Below are positions 10,901-23,871 of a stretch of DNA of 64,000 nt, piece by piece. The stretch comes from a virus (lineage: Duplodnaviria > Caudoviricetes): positions 32,001-96,000 of IMG/VR virus record IMGVR_UViG_3300028591_000099, one strand, 5' to 3'. Each line of letters begins with the position of its first letter. The stretch's first letter is position 1. The notes beneath the pieces were generated by a model. That model saw nothing but the letters and a program-made list of their open reading frames with translations. It did not search any database and was not told the origin of the DNA. The translations under genes were made by a program, and so were the position numbers.

Positions 10901-13900
10901 TAGATTTAATAGAGAAATATCCGGATTTAGCTAAATATGTTGATAGTACTGGAGATTATTTGTCTATTTCTCAAGAAGGAATGGAACAATACTTAAAATA
11001 TAAACGACAAGAAGCTTTTGAAGGAGAGAACGGTCAACTCGCAGTATATAGTGCTAATCGAAATACAAATAATAAAGATAGAGAAGATAAATTATCTTCT
11101 TTAGGCACAAATTTAGCAAAAAATGCCCCTTTAAATGATCAACAAATAGCAGCTATTATTCAGGCTTTTGATAAAAATAGTAAAGCTTGAGAAAATAGAA
11201 ATACTTTACGCGAATTGATGGAATCAACAGAAGAGTTGATACCTTTATTTAATAGTCTCGGTGAAGATGCAATTAATGGTTTAATTAATGATATTTACAA
11301 TAATCGAGATAAAATACAAGAGTATATTGCTTCTGATCATTCTTCTGCTGACGATATCCTACGAAAAAATATAATTTCTCAAGGTTTAGGAATTTATTAT
11401 GATGGTTTAACAGATAATACTCCATTTAAGCAACAAGTTGATCAAATTATTATTGATAGAGTTAGTGAAATTTGGGATGGTAGTAAAGATACTTTTAAAA
11501 AAGCTTTAGATACTGCTGTGGCTGAATTTAGAGATAATCCAAATGCAATTATTAGTCAAGCAAAAGCTAATGCTCCAAGTGAATCTCTTGAACATCATGT
11601 TCCATTAAATGTAAATGCAGATGATCTTAGTAATTATAAAGGCCAAACTGAAGATTTGATGCAAGAAATTGAAGAAATGGCCGACTTTATTCAAGATAAT
11701 GTTAATAAAGGTGTATTAAAAGAATTAGATAAACATTTAATAGATTGCCGTTCAGAAACAGAAAAATTTGCATATAGCGTAATTAGATTTGATGATGCTC
11801 TTCAAGATATGACTGAAAACTATGATGATTGAATGGACGCTTTGGAAAGTGGTGCCATTAAAAGTCAAGTAGAAACAATGCAAGAGCTTAGAAAAACTTA
11901 CGGCAACTTTTTAGATATGGATGGCAGTAAGTTATCTGCAGAATTTTTAAGCAATGCTGAAAATTTAGAAAAAATGAAAATGGCTGCTTCTGGAACTGGA
12001 GAAGAAGCAGAAAAAGCTTATAATGAATTAGAAAGATTGGCTGCTGAAGATTTATTCATTCATGTTTATTTCCCAAATAGCCCAGAACTCCAAGCTCAAG
12101 CAATGAGTGTTTATGATGATTTACAATCTTATTTTGATAATAATCAAATAAGAATTGGAGGATTCTTTGTTGAAGGAGACCTTCAAAGTGGTATAGCTGC
12201 TATTGACAGTTTAAACAAAGTAATAAATGAAACTGCTAAATCTGCAGAAGAAGCTGAACAAATCTTAATGGATGCTTATGGAGTGGATGCTGAAGTAGAA
12301 GAAATTCATGTAAAAGAAGAAGATAAAGATAGATATTTAAATGCTATAGCCGATGTAACATATCAATCTGTGCCTACTGCACAGGCTGTTGGTGTTGGTG
12401 CTGGATTACTGGGTGGTGCTGCAAGTTTAGTTGGAGGAGGAATGACTCAAGTTCCATCGATTAAATATACTTTAGATCCAGCTGAAGATACCACAAACCA
12501 TGAAGGTACTGTACCAGTATTCCGAATTAAAAACGCCCATAGAGCTAGTGGTGGAGGAGTGAAGTTTAAGCATTCTAATTATGGCGGCGGTGGAGCTGGT
12601 AAAAAATCTGGTGGTGGAGGTGGTTCCAAAACACCAAAACGCACTACCCAAAAGCCAAAAGAGCATATTAAAAATGTAGCTGAAAAAGATCGTTATCATA
12701 ATATAAAAGAAAAAATCGAAGACCTCAATACTGAAATGGAGCGTCTCAATAAAAATGAAGATAGAGCCTATGGTAAAGATCGTGTTAAATACATGGATCA
12801 AATGACCGATAAGATTGAGGATCAAATCGGTTTAACTAAAGAATATATTAAAGAAATTGAGGCTTATGCTAAAACTGATAAGAAAGCATTAGAGCAATCT
12901 TTAAAAGAAATTGGCATGAGCCAACGAGAAATAGCGAATCAGTTTGGGCCAGACGGTGTACTTAAAGACTACGAAGGTCTTTTGGATAAAATCCAGAAAA
13001 AATTTGATGCGACTGCGACAGCATCTTATAATAGTGCTATTGATGCTTACAATAGAGCAGTAGACGCATTTAATAATGGACCACAAGATGATGCTGCTAA
13101 AGAAAGTTTTGATAAAGCCAAAGAAACTTTAGACGCGGCAAAAGAAACCTACGATAAACAAAAAGAACAATACGAACAGCAACTCAAGAATTTAAAACAA
13201 TATGAAGATACAATTAATCTCTGACAAGAAAAGAACCAAGAGCTAATCGATCAGTTAAATGACTTATATGATAAAATGCTTGAAATTGCTTCATATAAAG
13301 TTGAATTAAGTCTTGATGTAAGTGCTGATGACAAAAAGTTCTTAGAATGGATTTATCAACATTTAGGAGATGAAGCAGATAGAGCTGCTGATAGAGTTGC
13401 TAATTTAGGCAAACAAATGAAGACTACCCAGAATGAAATCGCAACTTATTCTAAAGGCATTAGTGATTTATTCGCAATGCACGGAATTGATGTTGATTTA
13501 AATAATGGTAATCTTAATAGGGCACAACTTGCTTCAAATCTTGAGAAGTTTATTGAAGATATGAGGAAAAATGGCAGTGAAGCAGATATGCAGACTGTCA
13601 TTGAAAAGTTTTCTGAATATAGAGATGGTCTAATGGACTCTTATGATACATTAAGAGATCTAAGTAATGAAGTTACTGAGAATGTAGTTAATGCATTTGA
13701 CGAATGGAATGAAAAACTTGAAAAGAACTTAGACTTAATGGATCACTATGACACTGTAATTGATAGCTATAAAGCAATTGCGGATTTACTGGGTCAAGAC
13801 CAATTAGGATTAACTGATACCCAATTAGCGATTTATGAAGATGCTAAACTTCATAACCAGCAAAATGCGGCGGCCGCTTCAAAGGATGCCTACGACGCGA

Positions 13901-15627
13901 TTATCAAGCAACGTATTGAGGCAGAGCAAGCACTCGCACAAGCATCTAGTGAAGAAGAACGCAATCGTTGACAAGAAATCTTAGATCATATCCTTGAAAC
14001 AGAGAAAGAGGCCGAAGAAGAATATCTCAAACGTTGAGAAGATGCTTTAAGACAAGCAGAAGAAAACTTCCAGGCTTCACTAGAACGTAATGAAAAAGCA
14101 TATAAAAAATCATTAGGAGCTGGCACTGGAACATTAGATATGCTCCAAGAGCAACTTGAAATGCAGAAAGAACTTGATAACTTATATTTAGATGATTATG
14201 AAAAATATAAGAAATTAGGTGATTTAACTGCTAATATAAATAAATCATTAGCGAATAATCCTAATATCAAGATTCAGAATAAGATGAAAGACTTGCTTGA
14301 TGATGTCAATGCGAAAATGGCGGATGGTGCCCAAATCTCCGAAGGAGAGGCGACCATCTTAGAAAAACGCTTGATGTTGTTACAGGCCGAAGACCAGTTA
14401 ATGGCAGCTCGCAACGCCAAGTCCGCAGTCAGAATGACAAGAGATAATGAAGGAAACTTCAGTTATACTTATACAGCAGACGCAGATAAAATCCAAGACG
14501 CTCAACAAAACTATGCTGATAAGTTCTATGAACTTCTGGATTATGAACGTCAATATGCTGATGATACTCAAGCAGGAATGTTGCAATCATGACAAGATTT
14601 CTTAAGCAAGAGAAACGACATATTAGATGATGATATGTTAAGTGATGCTGAAAGAAATAAGGCTTTAGAAAAGCTCAAAGGTGATTATGCTGATATCGTC
14701 AATTATTATGCTGATGAACTGGCTATGGTTACCGGCGAAATGGATAGATTGAAAACTGATGACTGGAAGGATATGGAACAGTTCTTAGGTAGATTACTAG
14801 CTGGACCAGATGATTTCCAAACTGACTTAAGTCAAACAGTTTTAGGTCAAATCGCCAATGGAGAATGAACCGCTCCAGAAGAGTTAGTTGAATCTTGGAC
14901 GAATGCGGCTAATACAATGTATGATGCTGATAGTGCGGCCAGACAGAAGTGGATTGAGTCCAATGAAGAAACCAATAGACGAGTTGATACAACTACAGCA
15001 GAGTTTGCGGCTAATTATGAAAAGAATTATAATAAAGTGGCTGCGGCCTCCGATGCTGCTGCGGAATCAGCCGAGAATATGGCACAAGCAATGGGCCCGG
15101 CTATGGAAGCGGTTACCGACGCCGCAAAAGCATTTGACGATCAATTCGGGACATATATGGATAATGTAGTTCAGAATATTGAACGAGTAGTTGATGCTAT
15201 TAATAATATGAAAGAAGCATTAGCCGGAGTTGATCCAGCCTTCTACGAACAAATTTTAGATAGTTCAACATCTCCAAGGTCTACTTCTGGATTAAATCCA
15301 GTTAGTGGTGCTACCGGTATGTATACTGGTGCATGAGGTGCTGGTGGAAAACTGGCTATTCTGCACGAAAAAGAATTAGTATTAAATAAAGATGATACTG
15401 CTAATTTATTACAAGCAGTTGACTTTATTAGAAACATGCCTGCGTTCCAGGGAGCAAACTTAGGTAGTGGCATTAATTATAACTCACTTGCGGCAGTCGG
15501 CTCTACCGGTCTACAACAGCAAGTTCATATTGATGCATCATTCCCGAACGTGCAATCACATAATGAGATTGAACTAGCATTAAATAATTTAATTAACTCA
15601 GCTAGTCAATATGTCAATAGAAAATAA
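7942..15627 (+). CDS. Tail tape measure protein (2,561 aa, code 4)
   Basis: Ten track ORFs in one frame separated only by TGA (~15); TP901-like tape-measure core near the N-terminus, hydrophobic segment ~10400-10700, long coiled coil, C-terminal GMYTGA-W-GAGGKLAILHEKELVLN motif. Confidence 0.92.
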
Positions 15628-15631
15628 TTTT

Positions 15632-15667
15632 TAGGGGAGACCACTTTTGTCTCCCCTATTTTTTTTT
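15632..15667 (+). terminator. Rho-independent terminator
   Basis: TAGGGGAGAC/GTCTCCCCTA stem plus T9. Confidence 0.85.
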
Positions 15668-15714
15668 GGCCAATTAAAGATAAGAAAATAGGTTAGATTT
15701 TTTAATAATAAAAG
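15668..15714 (+). promoter_or_regulatory. Putative phage late-promoter motif copy
   Basis: GGCCAA-N7-TAA, with the terminal AG one base later than in other copies. Confidence 0.45.
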
Positions 15715-15741
15715 AGATAAGAGAAAAAGGAGGTAGGATAT

Positions 15742-18700
15742 ATGGCAAATACAGATGCTAATAAGGTTAATGATTTTGAAGAGATTTTAAACCGAGCTAT
15801 GGAAATCCACGCTCAAAACGCAATTCAAGGTCTACCTTTTAACAAAACTGAATTAGCAGAAATTGTTGATATAACAAACCATGACTCTGGCAGATACGTA
15901 GTCTGAAATGGTTCAACAAGATATGAAGCAATTTCAGAGAATACCGCTTATAAAATGGGTATGAAAGTTTATGTCAATATCCCAAATAATGATTTTACAG
16001 GGCAGAAAACCATTATAGGTCAATACAGACAGGATGGTGAGACTGCTGTCTTTTATAAATCACCACTTGAAATGTATGAACCTTTAAGTGCGGACTTAAT
16101 AAAAGATACTACTTATAGTCCTAGTGAGAATCCGACCGGTGAATACGAGTTATTAATGAACCGTAAAATCGCGGGTGATGTCACAAGCGAGCAGGGGCCG
16201 CAAACCCTAACTATATTTGAGGCTTCTGGATTACAAAGTAGCCCTTATAATGGTTATAAATATATGGGAATATCTGCTGACTTTAAGTCTTTATTAGGAG
16301 GATTTAGCCCAACTACTGGAGATTATGGATTACGTGTTGTTGTAAAGTATCTCCAAGAGAACGAAGTCACAGATGACACACAAATAAAAGAAAAGATATT
16401 TACATTATCAGCAGTAAAGGATATGTTTGGTGATGTATATAATTTCAAAACATATTTCCCACAAGAAGCCTTATATAATGTTGAAGATTTAATAATAGAC
16501 TCGGTTAAAGTCGAGTTTTATCAAGATGGTAATTTTCTAAATACTGAAGGTAATCTTATTACCTATGATACTACTGGAATAATTGGGAAAGTTCCCAATA
16601 ATATCTTTATGAAAAATCTATCTATTGTATTCGGTAATGACCCAATTAGCGACAATGATAGAGTTAAAATATATCCTTTAAATGGAACAACTTATGATAG
16701 TGCACAAAAAGAATCTCTTAATTTAAAGGCAATTAAACTACAGTGAACCCATTTAAACCCTGATACAAATGAATATGAAGTCCTTGAAACTTCTTCAGCA
16801 GCAAGAAAAATCTCGGATTTAGATCCTTATACAATACATTGATATAGAGATTCAATATATGAGACAAGTGATTATATTGATGTAGTAAGTGCGGAAACAG
16901 ACGCAGCGAAGAAATCTGAGTTATATGACGCAATTGTCGCAGACTTGGAAAGAGAAACTCCAGAAGAAAGCATGGATACTTATGCTAGATTTGTTTCAAC
17001 TTTTAAACTTAGAGCTGGAATGCACTATGGAATTGGACCTCAAGCTGGCGTTGATATTAAAGGCGGCACATATGTTATTACTGCCGAAGGTATTGCATAT
17101 GCGAAGCGTCAAGTAGAAAATGCCTTGAGGACAGCTGAAGCACAAAAGACTAAGGCCGCAGATGATTTAGCTGGTCCATTTTGAACTGCGATAACTGAAA
17201 GTAAAGATACGTGAGAAATTAAAGATTTTTTACCAGATCTAAAACGCAGTTTATCTAAAGTCAAAGTAGTTATTACTTATGGAGCAGGTGATAATTTAGT
17301 TCAAGTTGAATCTAATGAACTTCAGTTTAATAATTTAAGAGAAGTATTAGATGATGATAAATCTAATCGAATGAGTATTACCTTTAAAGATGGAACAAAT
17401 GGTGATTATCCTATTTATAATAGCACTGATGGTAAGCTATTAAGTCGATTAGAGGTCAAAGACCGCATCTTAGAAGCAGATTTATTGGATAGCAGAGGAA
17501 AATCTTGTCTTAATGGTAATGAAATTATTATATGGCAATTACCAAAAATTGGATCAATGATTCAATTTGTTTCTCCAGCTTTGACTGCAAATAATGGAGT
17601 CAAATTATTAGAAAATGATGAAATATTTAGTCAATATCCGAAGGATATTCAATATAATGATAGATACTATTTCATCAAAAGAGAGGCTGTCAATACTGAA
17701 GGAAATTCAGTATCAAAAATTCAAACATATAGAATCGCAGAATACTTTAATAAAGGTAATACTAACAATACGGTGTTTTGCTATATAATAAAAAATAATG
17801 AAATATTTAAGCAGTCAGTCACAATGACATTTAACCAACACGGCACGAGTGGGACTGACTATACATTCACTCTTGGATTAGGTCCAAAAGTGACTGCGGA
17901 TTGAGAAGTTGTTGGGCCTGCGGACACAGCCTTAACAATTGGCGAAGCAACTAGCGATAATCGTGCTATTTATAATGAAATAGTATTTGATTTATTTAAT
18001 TCAAAGAACGAAAAAATTGAATTGACACCACAGCAAAAAAATGCTATAATAAAAAAGTGGATGGCGGTAGATGTTACTGGTGGAGGTTATTATTTAACTA
18101 CACAGGCATCAAAAAATAATCTACAATTTATTACACAAGAAGATGAAAACGAGAATAGTGTTAGAGTAGCCGTAAGAGCTCCTCTTACAAATGCGGAAGG
18201 GAATAGAAATGGAACATATAGTTTCAATAATATTACATTTCAAGCCGAAATAAAAGATGTGATAGAAGAACTTGGCAATGAAGTAAATTTCGTTCAGTTA
18301 ATGCCACTACATGTCAGAGCCGCAAATACTCATTGGGTATTAAACGGTTCAGATTATGTCGTATATGATGATAAAGGTGCCAATCCGCAATACTATAATG
18401 ATAAATATGAGTTAATTGACCCAACAAAAGAGTCAACAGATGAAGGCTACAAATTAGAGCAATATTTTTGAATTAGATCAAACAATACTGCAAATGATGA
18501 GGCCGGTCAGTATATCCCACATTTTTCAAGTGAAGATAAACATAGCGGTAAGTTAGTGCCGCCGCCATTATTCGTAAGTGATGTTGGAGCCACATGAGTA
18601 GAATGTAGTCAAAATGATCACACAGATTCAGCCAATGGCATTTACTATAATTGGCAATATACATTCCCCTTAATCATTATTCAGAATAAGTATGGAGTGC

Positions 18701-19998
18701 CTGCTTTAAATAAATGAAATGGGGATTTATTAGTAGATGCTGCTGGTAATAAAATCTTGACCGCAATGGTAGGGGCCGGTCACAAAGATGCAGAAAATAC
18801 ATTTACTGGTGTAGTAATGGGTGATGTAGAACATCAAGACCCATATCAAGGAAACGCTCTTAAAAAGTCTACTGGATTATTTGGATACAAAGAAGGCAGT
18901 CAAACTTTTGGATTTGATACAGATGGAACCGCGTTCTTAGGTAAATCTGGCAATGGGCGTATTTATGTTGATGGCAATACTGGTAAAATTACTAGTGCTG
19001 CTAGAGAGGCTTATGATATTAACCGTGCTTTATATAATAAGACAGGAGACAGCCAATATAATGATACTGACCCAAGAGGCACCGAGATTAATTTAAAAGA
19101 AAATTATATCCAAATTGATGGTATTGGTAATAAGGCTCAAATTCAAATGTCTGTTGATGGTAGTAGTAAACCATATTTTAGAGTTCAAAGCACCGCAGGA
19201 CATAAAATGTTTGAGGTAAATAATACCAATTATTATTTACAAACAGATGATTATGTAAACGACGAAGGGACTGAAACTGGAAAAGGTCTTAAAATTGACT
19301 TAAAGAATGGGACTTTTGATAGTAAAGGACCATTAACTATAAATGGTGCTTCTGGTTCTCAAATACATTTTGGCGGAAATACAAAATATCTTGAATTAGG
19401 ATATAATGGCACAAATGCCTATTTAACTTCTACAGATAAATTAAGTTTGAGTGCTGGAACATTAGGAGCAAATTCTAGTTTTTACTTATCTAATACAAAT
19501 GGTAGTGGCACTGTAGCTCAAACGCAACGCACAGATTGAAGGTTAACTTTAGGCGAAAATTTTGGTGTGACTCAAAATGGAGCATTATATGCTAAGGCAG
19601 GCAAGATTGGCGATGTAGAAATTATTGGAGGTAATTTAAGAGTACAAAAATTATGAATTGGGGATACTCCTTATACTCCAACTGATATTGAGTTTGTAAC
19701 TGGCATAACGGTAAGTGCTACACACGGCACAGTATCTAATACAGTCACCTATATTAAACCAACAATACTATATGATGATAACTTATTAACAGAAAATACA
19801 AAATGTTATTTGGATGCTAGTGGAAATTTACACTGAGAACCAGCAAAACTTACTGTAACAAGATGAAGTACTGAAACTGCAACCGCAACCACATATGCGG
19901 ATGTTGTTAAGTCTATAACTGTTTCTTATACAACAAAAAAAGGCCGCGTATTAGGAAATTGAGATGGCGAAGGCGGTTCTTATACATGAAGTCGATAA
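15742..19998 (+). CDS. Large tail-tip/baseplate structural protein (1,418 aa, code 4)
   Basis: SD AAGGAGGT; single frame with ~15 TGA to TAA 19996-19998; Gly-rich beta-strand C-terminal half. Confidence 0.8.
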
Positions 19999-20007
19999 GG
20001 AGATTTT

Positions 20008-20283
20008 ATGAACGGATTAATGAAGCAATTTGAACAAAACTTATATGATCTTATTAATAACAGCCAATTACAAATAGGAGAGGCTTATTATATTTTAAAA
20101 TGTGCTTTATTAGATTTAGAAAAACTTTATAATCAAAGCATTGAAGATGATTTATCTAAAACTAATGAAAATACTCGGCAAGAAACTATTCAAGTTTCTA
20201 ATATAGAAGACCAGCATTTAGACTTAGTTGGAGAAGAAGTAAGAGAACATATAAAAGGAGAAAAGGGAGAATTTTATGAGTAA
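20008..20283 (+). CDS. Hypothetical protein (91 aa)
   Basis: SD AAGGAG, intact ORF. Confidence 0.75.
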   Translation: MNGLMKQFEQNLYDLINNSQLQIGEAYYILKCALLDLEKLYNQSIEDDLSKTNENTRQETIQVSNIEDQHLDLVGEEVREHIKGEKGEFYE

Positions 20284-20479
20284 TAATACACAGATGCTTC
20301 AGAGTATTTTAGAAGCACTTATGACAATTAATACAAAAGGCAATGATACCATTACAATGGCGAATTGTCTTCAAGCTTTGCAGCAAACACTTCAAGGTGT
20401 TGCTGAATTAGAACAAAGAATTGCGGCTCCAGCTGAACCGGCCGGTTATAGCGAGCCCGCAACCGCAATAGAAGAGTAA
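20276..20479 (+). CDS. Hypothetical coiled-coil protein (67 aa)
   Basis: SD GGGAG, overlaps the upstream stop. Confidence 0.75.
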   Translation: MSNNTQMLQSILEALMTINTKGNDTITMANCLQALQQTLQGVAELEQRIAAPAEPAGYSEPATAIEE

Positions 20480-20493
20480 AGGAGAGAACAAGT

Positions 20494-22386
20494 ATGGCAA
20501 AATTATATCCTCCATATATAGAAGGAACTTTGCCAGCATTCTGTTTAGAAAATGGGGGTGGCACAATAGTCATCCCCTTTGCCTTAAATAAGGCAGTCAG
20601 TAAAAGTGAAATTGGCGGAATAAAAGCAAAAATTAAAACAGTTCAACAAGATATCTTATTAGGAGATATTGCTTGTAATCTTGATTTAGATAAATATCAA
20701 GCAACAATTAAGGTTGAAGATGGAGAGATACCAGTAGAAACGGGATCTCCCATACCAGTAGATATCGGGCAGTTTTATAAAATACAATTAGCCTTTATTG
20801 ATGAATCAACAAAAGAAATTGGATATTATTCTACTGTTGGTGTAACAAAATGCACTTCAAAACCCAAAGTTTATATCGCTAAGAGAGACAAAGAAGGGCA
20901 TTTAGTTCCATTAGAAGCCAATGGTGTTAGTAATAATACCAATGAATATGTAGGGGTATTCGAACAGGGTGAAGGCGGAGATGTTACTGAAAAGGTATAT
21001 TCAAGAAGATTTATAATAACAGATTTGGCAGGTAATGAGATTGTCAATACTGGAGATGTTCTACATAATGTAGAGAATAATCCAGACTCATACTGGTCTT
21101 ATGATATTTTAAAGTTTAATAGAGATTTTGAGTTTGGAAGAATATATAAAATAAAATATGAAGTTACAACTAATAATAACTTAGTAGATGAAAATGGAGA
21201 AAAAATAGCATCGCAGTGATATTTATTAACCCAACAGAAATCATTAAGTATGGAACTTCAAGGTAGTTTAGAAGTAGACTTAAACTATGATGAGGGTTAT
21301 ATTGATGTCAGCATTGAAGGTGCGTTAAAAAATGTGGTTCTTAATTATAAAGATGCTAAAGGCCAAGAGCAGACAGAAACCATTGATTATATTACCCCAA
21401 CTAATTTATATAATAAATTACAAGGATATAAAGAAAAAGGGTATACTGATTTATCTCAAACCAATGATGGTGAAGAGATTGCGGCCGGGGCATTTTTGCT
21501 GTCAAGGGAAGATAGCCTTAATCCAGGTATCTGGGAAGAATTAACCAGATTCGCATTAAGTTATGAATCCCCGAGTAAAACGGTATTTAGAGATTTCACA
21601 ATCGAGCAAGGTAAAACTTATGTATATTCCATTCAGCAATATAATGATAATGGAATATACTCCGACCGCAAAAAGAGTAAAGAAATTTATGCTGACTTTG
21701 AAGATATGTTCTTATTTGATGGGGAAAGGCAATTAAAATTACGTTTTAATCCGCAAGTAAGTAGCCTTAAAACGCAATTAGCAGAAACTAGAACTGACAC
21801 TATTGGAAGTAAATATCCATTCTTCTTTAGAAATGCGAGAGTTGGGTATAAAACATTCCCAATATCTGGTTTAATATCTATGGAGTCGGATAACGCTCAA
21901 TTTTTTACAACTTTTAAGAGTATCTTAAAAGAAAGTTGGGATAAAGAACGTCACGATTCTAAAAAAGATAAAAAAGAAAATCCAGATGTATATTCGCATA
22001 TTTGATTGAAAAATAAAAACTATACATCTGAAAGATTATTTAAATTACAAGTATTAGATTGATTTAACGATGGTAAAGTTAAATTATTTAAATCTCCAGG
22101 AGAAGGCAACTATTTAGTTCGACTTATGGATACCTCATTAAGTCCAGAGAACGCACTGGGTCGTATGTTACATAATGTAAGTTCTACTGCGTATGAGTGT
22201 GCTGAGTGTAGTTATGAAAATAAGATTGCGTATAAAATTATTAGAGATATTGATACTGATGAAATTATTGATGAATCTTATGCTACTAACTGGAGAGAAG
22301 AATCTATTGGTAATAAGATACAGAGTATAAGCGATTATAATGCTTATATTATTAGTGAAATAGAGAAGAGGAAAGGAGGAGCATAA
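20494..22386 (+). CDS. Putative baseplate/distal tail protein (630 aa, code 4)
   Basis: Three TGA join track ORFs 20494/21250/22126 (…LQVLD-W-FNDGKVKLFKSPGEGNYLVRL…). Confidence 0.7.
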
Positions 22387-23858
22387 TGAATATAACAGAT
22401 GAATTAGTGAATGATTTTCCTAATGCTCCATATACCGAACAAGATATTCGAGATTATATGGAAAGACATCCAGATATATTCCAATGGTTTTTTCAGGAAC
22501 CGGGAGGAGACCATTCTGAAAACTTAATTCAATCAGATTTAAGCAATACATTCGTTACAATCCTCCGATTAACTGACCTTATCCCAGGCACAATGTTTAG
22601 AATTGTATTTAATGCTAATGGAGAATATAATCAAGATAATGAAGCAGATTATGAAGATATAATGATTGGTGCTACTGGGAATTATTATGCTGATGAATTG
22701 AGACCTATTTATGGGGTTTATCTAATGAGAGGTCCAAATAACACATCGGATTTCCCAATCTCAACTTCTGGTGCTATTAATTATCAGTATAGGGCACCAA
22801 CAAGAACTGAGTTTAATTCAATAGTAGGAACTGCGGCAAGTGTTGGTGAATATAGTCAATTTGTGGGTGATGTTGAAGATTTAGTTGAAAGTTTACAATC
22901 TAAACGGAATGAAGTTACCACAATATGTATGTCTCGTTATTTCAAACGTCCAGTTGAATATTTGTTTTATGGTGCTGGGGAGATAACTGATTTTCCAGAA
23001 GAAGCCTATACTGAAGGTTATACTGATGGATATAAGGCTTTAAAATCTGAATATGATGGAAAATTATACTGAGACTGAAACTTTTATTCAATAAATAATG
23101 ATGATGATATTTTTACAGAAGAAGAACATTGGCAATATTCACCATTCTCAATCTATGTGTTAAAAGATTCGAGAGTTGGAGAGCAAGATATTCGAGAACA
23201 TTTGTTCCATACCTTTGTAGAAAAAGGGTATAGTAATGAAGAATCTCTACACAGAGTAGACCATATGTTTGAGAAATACTATATTGACAGATATTTAATG
23301 GCACAAACTCCAGAAGAATTATTAACGCAATATCTCGTTGTATATAATCGTATTAATCAAGGGCAGGAAGTAGAAGACCTTGAGGCTTGGGAGGCGAATC
23401 CATTATATGTATTCGACCCTTGGTATAAAAACGGCAAGATTCTTCAAGTTGGGAAAGAATATAATTATAATCCAGCCATAATTTATAATGGTGAAGAAAT
23501 TGATTTAAGAGAAATCCAAAGATATGATTTAGACAATCTTGAACCAACAGAAACTAAAATTCAAGTTGGTAATGGAGTCTATGGAGATATATTTTATCAT
23601 AATATTGAAACATTCTATACTTTTGAAGATTTAGAAGGCGATTTAAAAGAAGCAAGAGATGCTTATAATACGAAATTGACCGAATTACGAAATAAAAAGT
23701 GGCCTAATTGACCTGATACTAAAGATGATGAGGAAACAGAAGATCCATCTAGACAAGAATTAGATGATTTAGAAGATCTACGTATAAAGTATTGCGAATT
23801 ATTAGAAACCGCAATTACAGAGTGGAAATCCAGAGAAACGGATTTAGAGTTAGAGTAA
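22386..23858 (+). CDS. Acidic tail/baseplate-associated protein (490 aa, code 4)
   Basis: TAATG coupling with SD AAAGGAGG; three TGA; TAA 23856-23858. Confidence 0.75.
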
Positions 23859-23871
23859 AAGGAGGTAATTT

